Origin: Lama guanicoe
Lineage: Eukaryota
NCBI GenBank assembly: GCA_013239625.1
Contig: MU054212.1
Location: 5,802,270-5,866,269 of the forward strand
Direction: 5' to 3'
DNA: 64,000 nucleotides
The position numbers were made by a program, and so were the translations under genes. Of this stretch, positions 61,441-64,000 are shown in pieces (position 1 is the first letter of the stretch; each line of letters begins with the position of its first letter). A model generated the notes under the pieces. That model had not been told where the DNA came from, did no database searches, and worked only from the letters and a program-made list of their open reading frames with translations.

Positions 61441-63681
61441 TAATTAACATCCCTATTAGAAAATAATTGGGAATGGAAAAGATTAAATATGAAAAAGCCT
61501 ACTTTTAGCTTGTTAGGAACTCCGATTTTTTTTTTTTTGTTAATGTTTTAGGGGCCAAGGAAGTTGACACTAAATAAAATAATGTTGACTTTTTTGGGCC
61601 TGCAGGTTGTCTATGCCAAGTTAAAAATAGGAGCTGTCCATGATTACACAAAACTTCATTTGAAATGACAGTTCACAACACGATCTAACAGCTCAAGTGT
61701 AGCACAGCATTGCTAAATCTGTGTTAGGAGATTTTTGGCATCAATAAATGTTTCCAAGGAAAATATCTTCCCCTTTGAAGCTAACTTCAATATGACTCAC
61801 CCAAATTCGTATTTGTTACATTAAGATTAGCCCAAACATCTGAAGAGCGGGCAAAAGATTGTGATCTGTCATGGAATTTATTCTGTAGTTCTTTATAATT
61901 CTTTATTAGTATGTTGAACTTAATAAAGTATATAATGTTACTATCTAAAATTCACATTTAGAGTTGAAAAATTAAAGTTCAAAATCTGCTTTTCTTGGCT
62001 GTTGGGTTTTTTTAAATTAGCAGCCATGAAAACGAATATAATTATATATTTAAACTAACTGTTGAGTGACATTGCCGTAGGAATTATGCTTATGTGTGGG
62101 TCATTTAAGAGTTGGATTTTTAAGTTGGAATTTTCTAAATAAGGTATGATGTTTAGCCATAAAATAAGAAATTTTATAGACCACCTCCCCTCCTTCAAAA
62201 ATAAAAAAAGATAAAGAAGAAAAGAGTACGATAGATGAAATTCTAAGATAAATCTCACCTGTGTTAGGTGTATCAGGGTAGCTGACCAAAATCCCTGGTC
62301 CACCCTTCCTGCCCTGGGTCACCTGAACCCCTCTGACTGTAGCATTGCAGAGGTCTTGTGAGACCTTCTTGTGAATAAAGAGGCTGCTGAGGACCAGTGC
62401 TGTCTACACAAATAGAAAAGTTAGGATATGTGATCAGAGGAAATAAACAAGAGTCATCCATGGCCTTTCTTTTATCTCATTTTCCCCCCCTTTAAGTTAT
62501 TTTAGCCAAAGCTGAAAACACTTTTAAGAGTGGATTGGGGGTAAGTAAGCCAGGGACCCTCCAGGCAGTTTCTGATTCTGCCCTCTGTGCAATGAAAGGG
62601 AGAGACGAAGAATTTTAAAACATTCTGCCTGGTTGGAAGAGTGGGTAAGAAGGGGAAATAGCAGTTGTTTCTGTGATTGTCCAGGGATGGGCGTGAGCTT
62701 AAAGAGGCGGCAGGCACGTGCTAGGTCACCCCTATCTGGGCCCTGAAGATCATCCATTGACCACCTTCCAGACCTTCTCTGTGAGGTTCTTTCTGGCTGA
62801 ATGGAAATAATAAGCCATTATAATGCCTCAAAGTTTAAACAGTATTTTAAATTACTTTGGACCCTCTACATCTCATCTGCAATAAGTTATCTAGTAATCT
62901 GAGATATTAAGGTTTAAGGGGTCACCTCACCACGGACTCATAGAATCACCAAAGAAAGTTTCAAAATTATCTACTTAAGACCAACAACCTGTCAGCCAGG
63001 AGGAGCTGTCATTCAGTGACTCAAGGTCTCCAGGATTCTGTTTGTTAAACTTATCAAGGTAACTTCAGAACAGGAAGTCATTTCTAAGGGTGCGACCTTG
63101 GAAACAAATAGCACATTGATTGGTTGTTTTTTTCAGTGATATTTGACCTTCCCTCTTGCCTCTGCCGAAAAAAAAATTTTTTTTCTTGTCAGTTACCAAG
63201 AAGGCCAGTTTTTACAGCACATATATCTGATCTAATGGGAGAGCTTTTGAAGGATTTGTCTGGTTCAACTAAAAACACTACTTCTTTGAATATAGAGACT
63301 AGAAACTTACTTTTCTTCAGTCTCAAAAGCATGTTGCATGTGACATTTTTCTACCACTAAGTTCCATATGAGAAAAAAAGAGTTACAGATTTCGTAGTTG
63401 GGAGGTCATCCTGTCCAGGCATCCTTCCAATGCTTGAAACCCTTCTGTAGCATCTGCACAGGACATCACTCAGACCTGCAGAACTGAGAATGGTCAAAGG
63501 GAAGTGGGACGGAGTGGGAATGGAGGACAGAAGACAGAGTGCATCCATTATTCCGTTTATATTGTCTGCAGTATGCTACCAGTCTGCAAATTTACAGAAG
63601 TCCACAGTATCCGGAACTTGTGTGACCTTCTTGACCATAGTTAACTACAGTAACTTCCAATCAGACAAACATGGTCTAAAT

Positions 63682-63932
63682 TCAGGTCTCTCAACCTTTG
63701 CATTTTGCTATTTCGGGAGGGACTGCCCTGTGCATTGTAGGATGTTGAGCAACATCTCTGGTCTTTGCCCAGTAGATGCCGGTAGCACTCACCACCCGCT
63801 CAACTCTGATTTGATGAGCAAAAATGTCTTCACTTTACCAAGTACCCCAGGTGACCTCAGGGTGGCAGGAGCTGGGGAGGGAGAGGGTGGTTAGTGCGTG
63901 TGCAGAAAATCTCCCCCAGTTGAGAGCTGCTG
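63682..63932. mobile_element. MER20 hAT MITE
   Basis: ctgccctgtgcattgtaggatgttgagcaacatc...cccagtagatgcc; TSD gtctaaat/ttctaaat. Confidence 0.85.
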
Positions 63933-64000
63933 TTCTAAATTAAGAATGTGCTCTGTGAGATACAGAGTCCCAAGGAAATATCCAAATCATTTACTTTAGG

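Overview
Mammalian genomic DNA from the desmoglein cluster. It holds a complete, intact 16-exon DSG3 (desmoglein-3) gene on the + strand: ATG at 15134, TGA at 39697, 2973-nt spliced CDS, 990 aa, all introns GT-AG. About 16 kb after the stop codon lie the CpG-island promoter and first coding exon of DSG2 (56081-56119), and the window ends inside DSG2 intron 1. Four short tRNA-derived SINEs resemble the camelid Vic-1 family, suggesting alpaca, llama or camel. The rest is ordinary interspersed repeat (MIR, L2, L1 fragments, hAT MITEs, solo LTRs) plus microsatellites. I found no new gene system. The most noteworthy details are: an out-of-frame overlapping uORF in the DSG3 5' UTR; a MER41-like solo LTR with STAT (GAS) and YY1 motifs upstream of DSG3; HAL in place of RAL at the adhesion site; an RGD in the extracellular anchor; an 18-bp coding repeat in exon 15; candidate p63/AP-1 enhancers; and a compound CA-minisatellite. 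Repeat family names and comparisons with human DSG3/DSG2 come from memory, not from searches.
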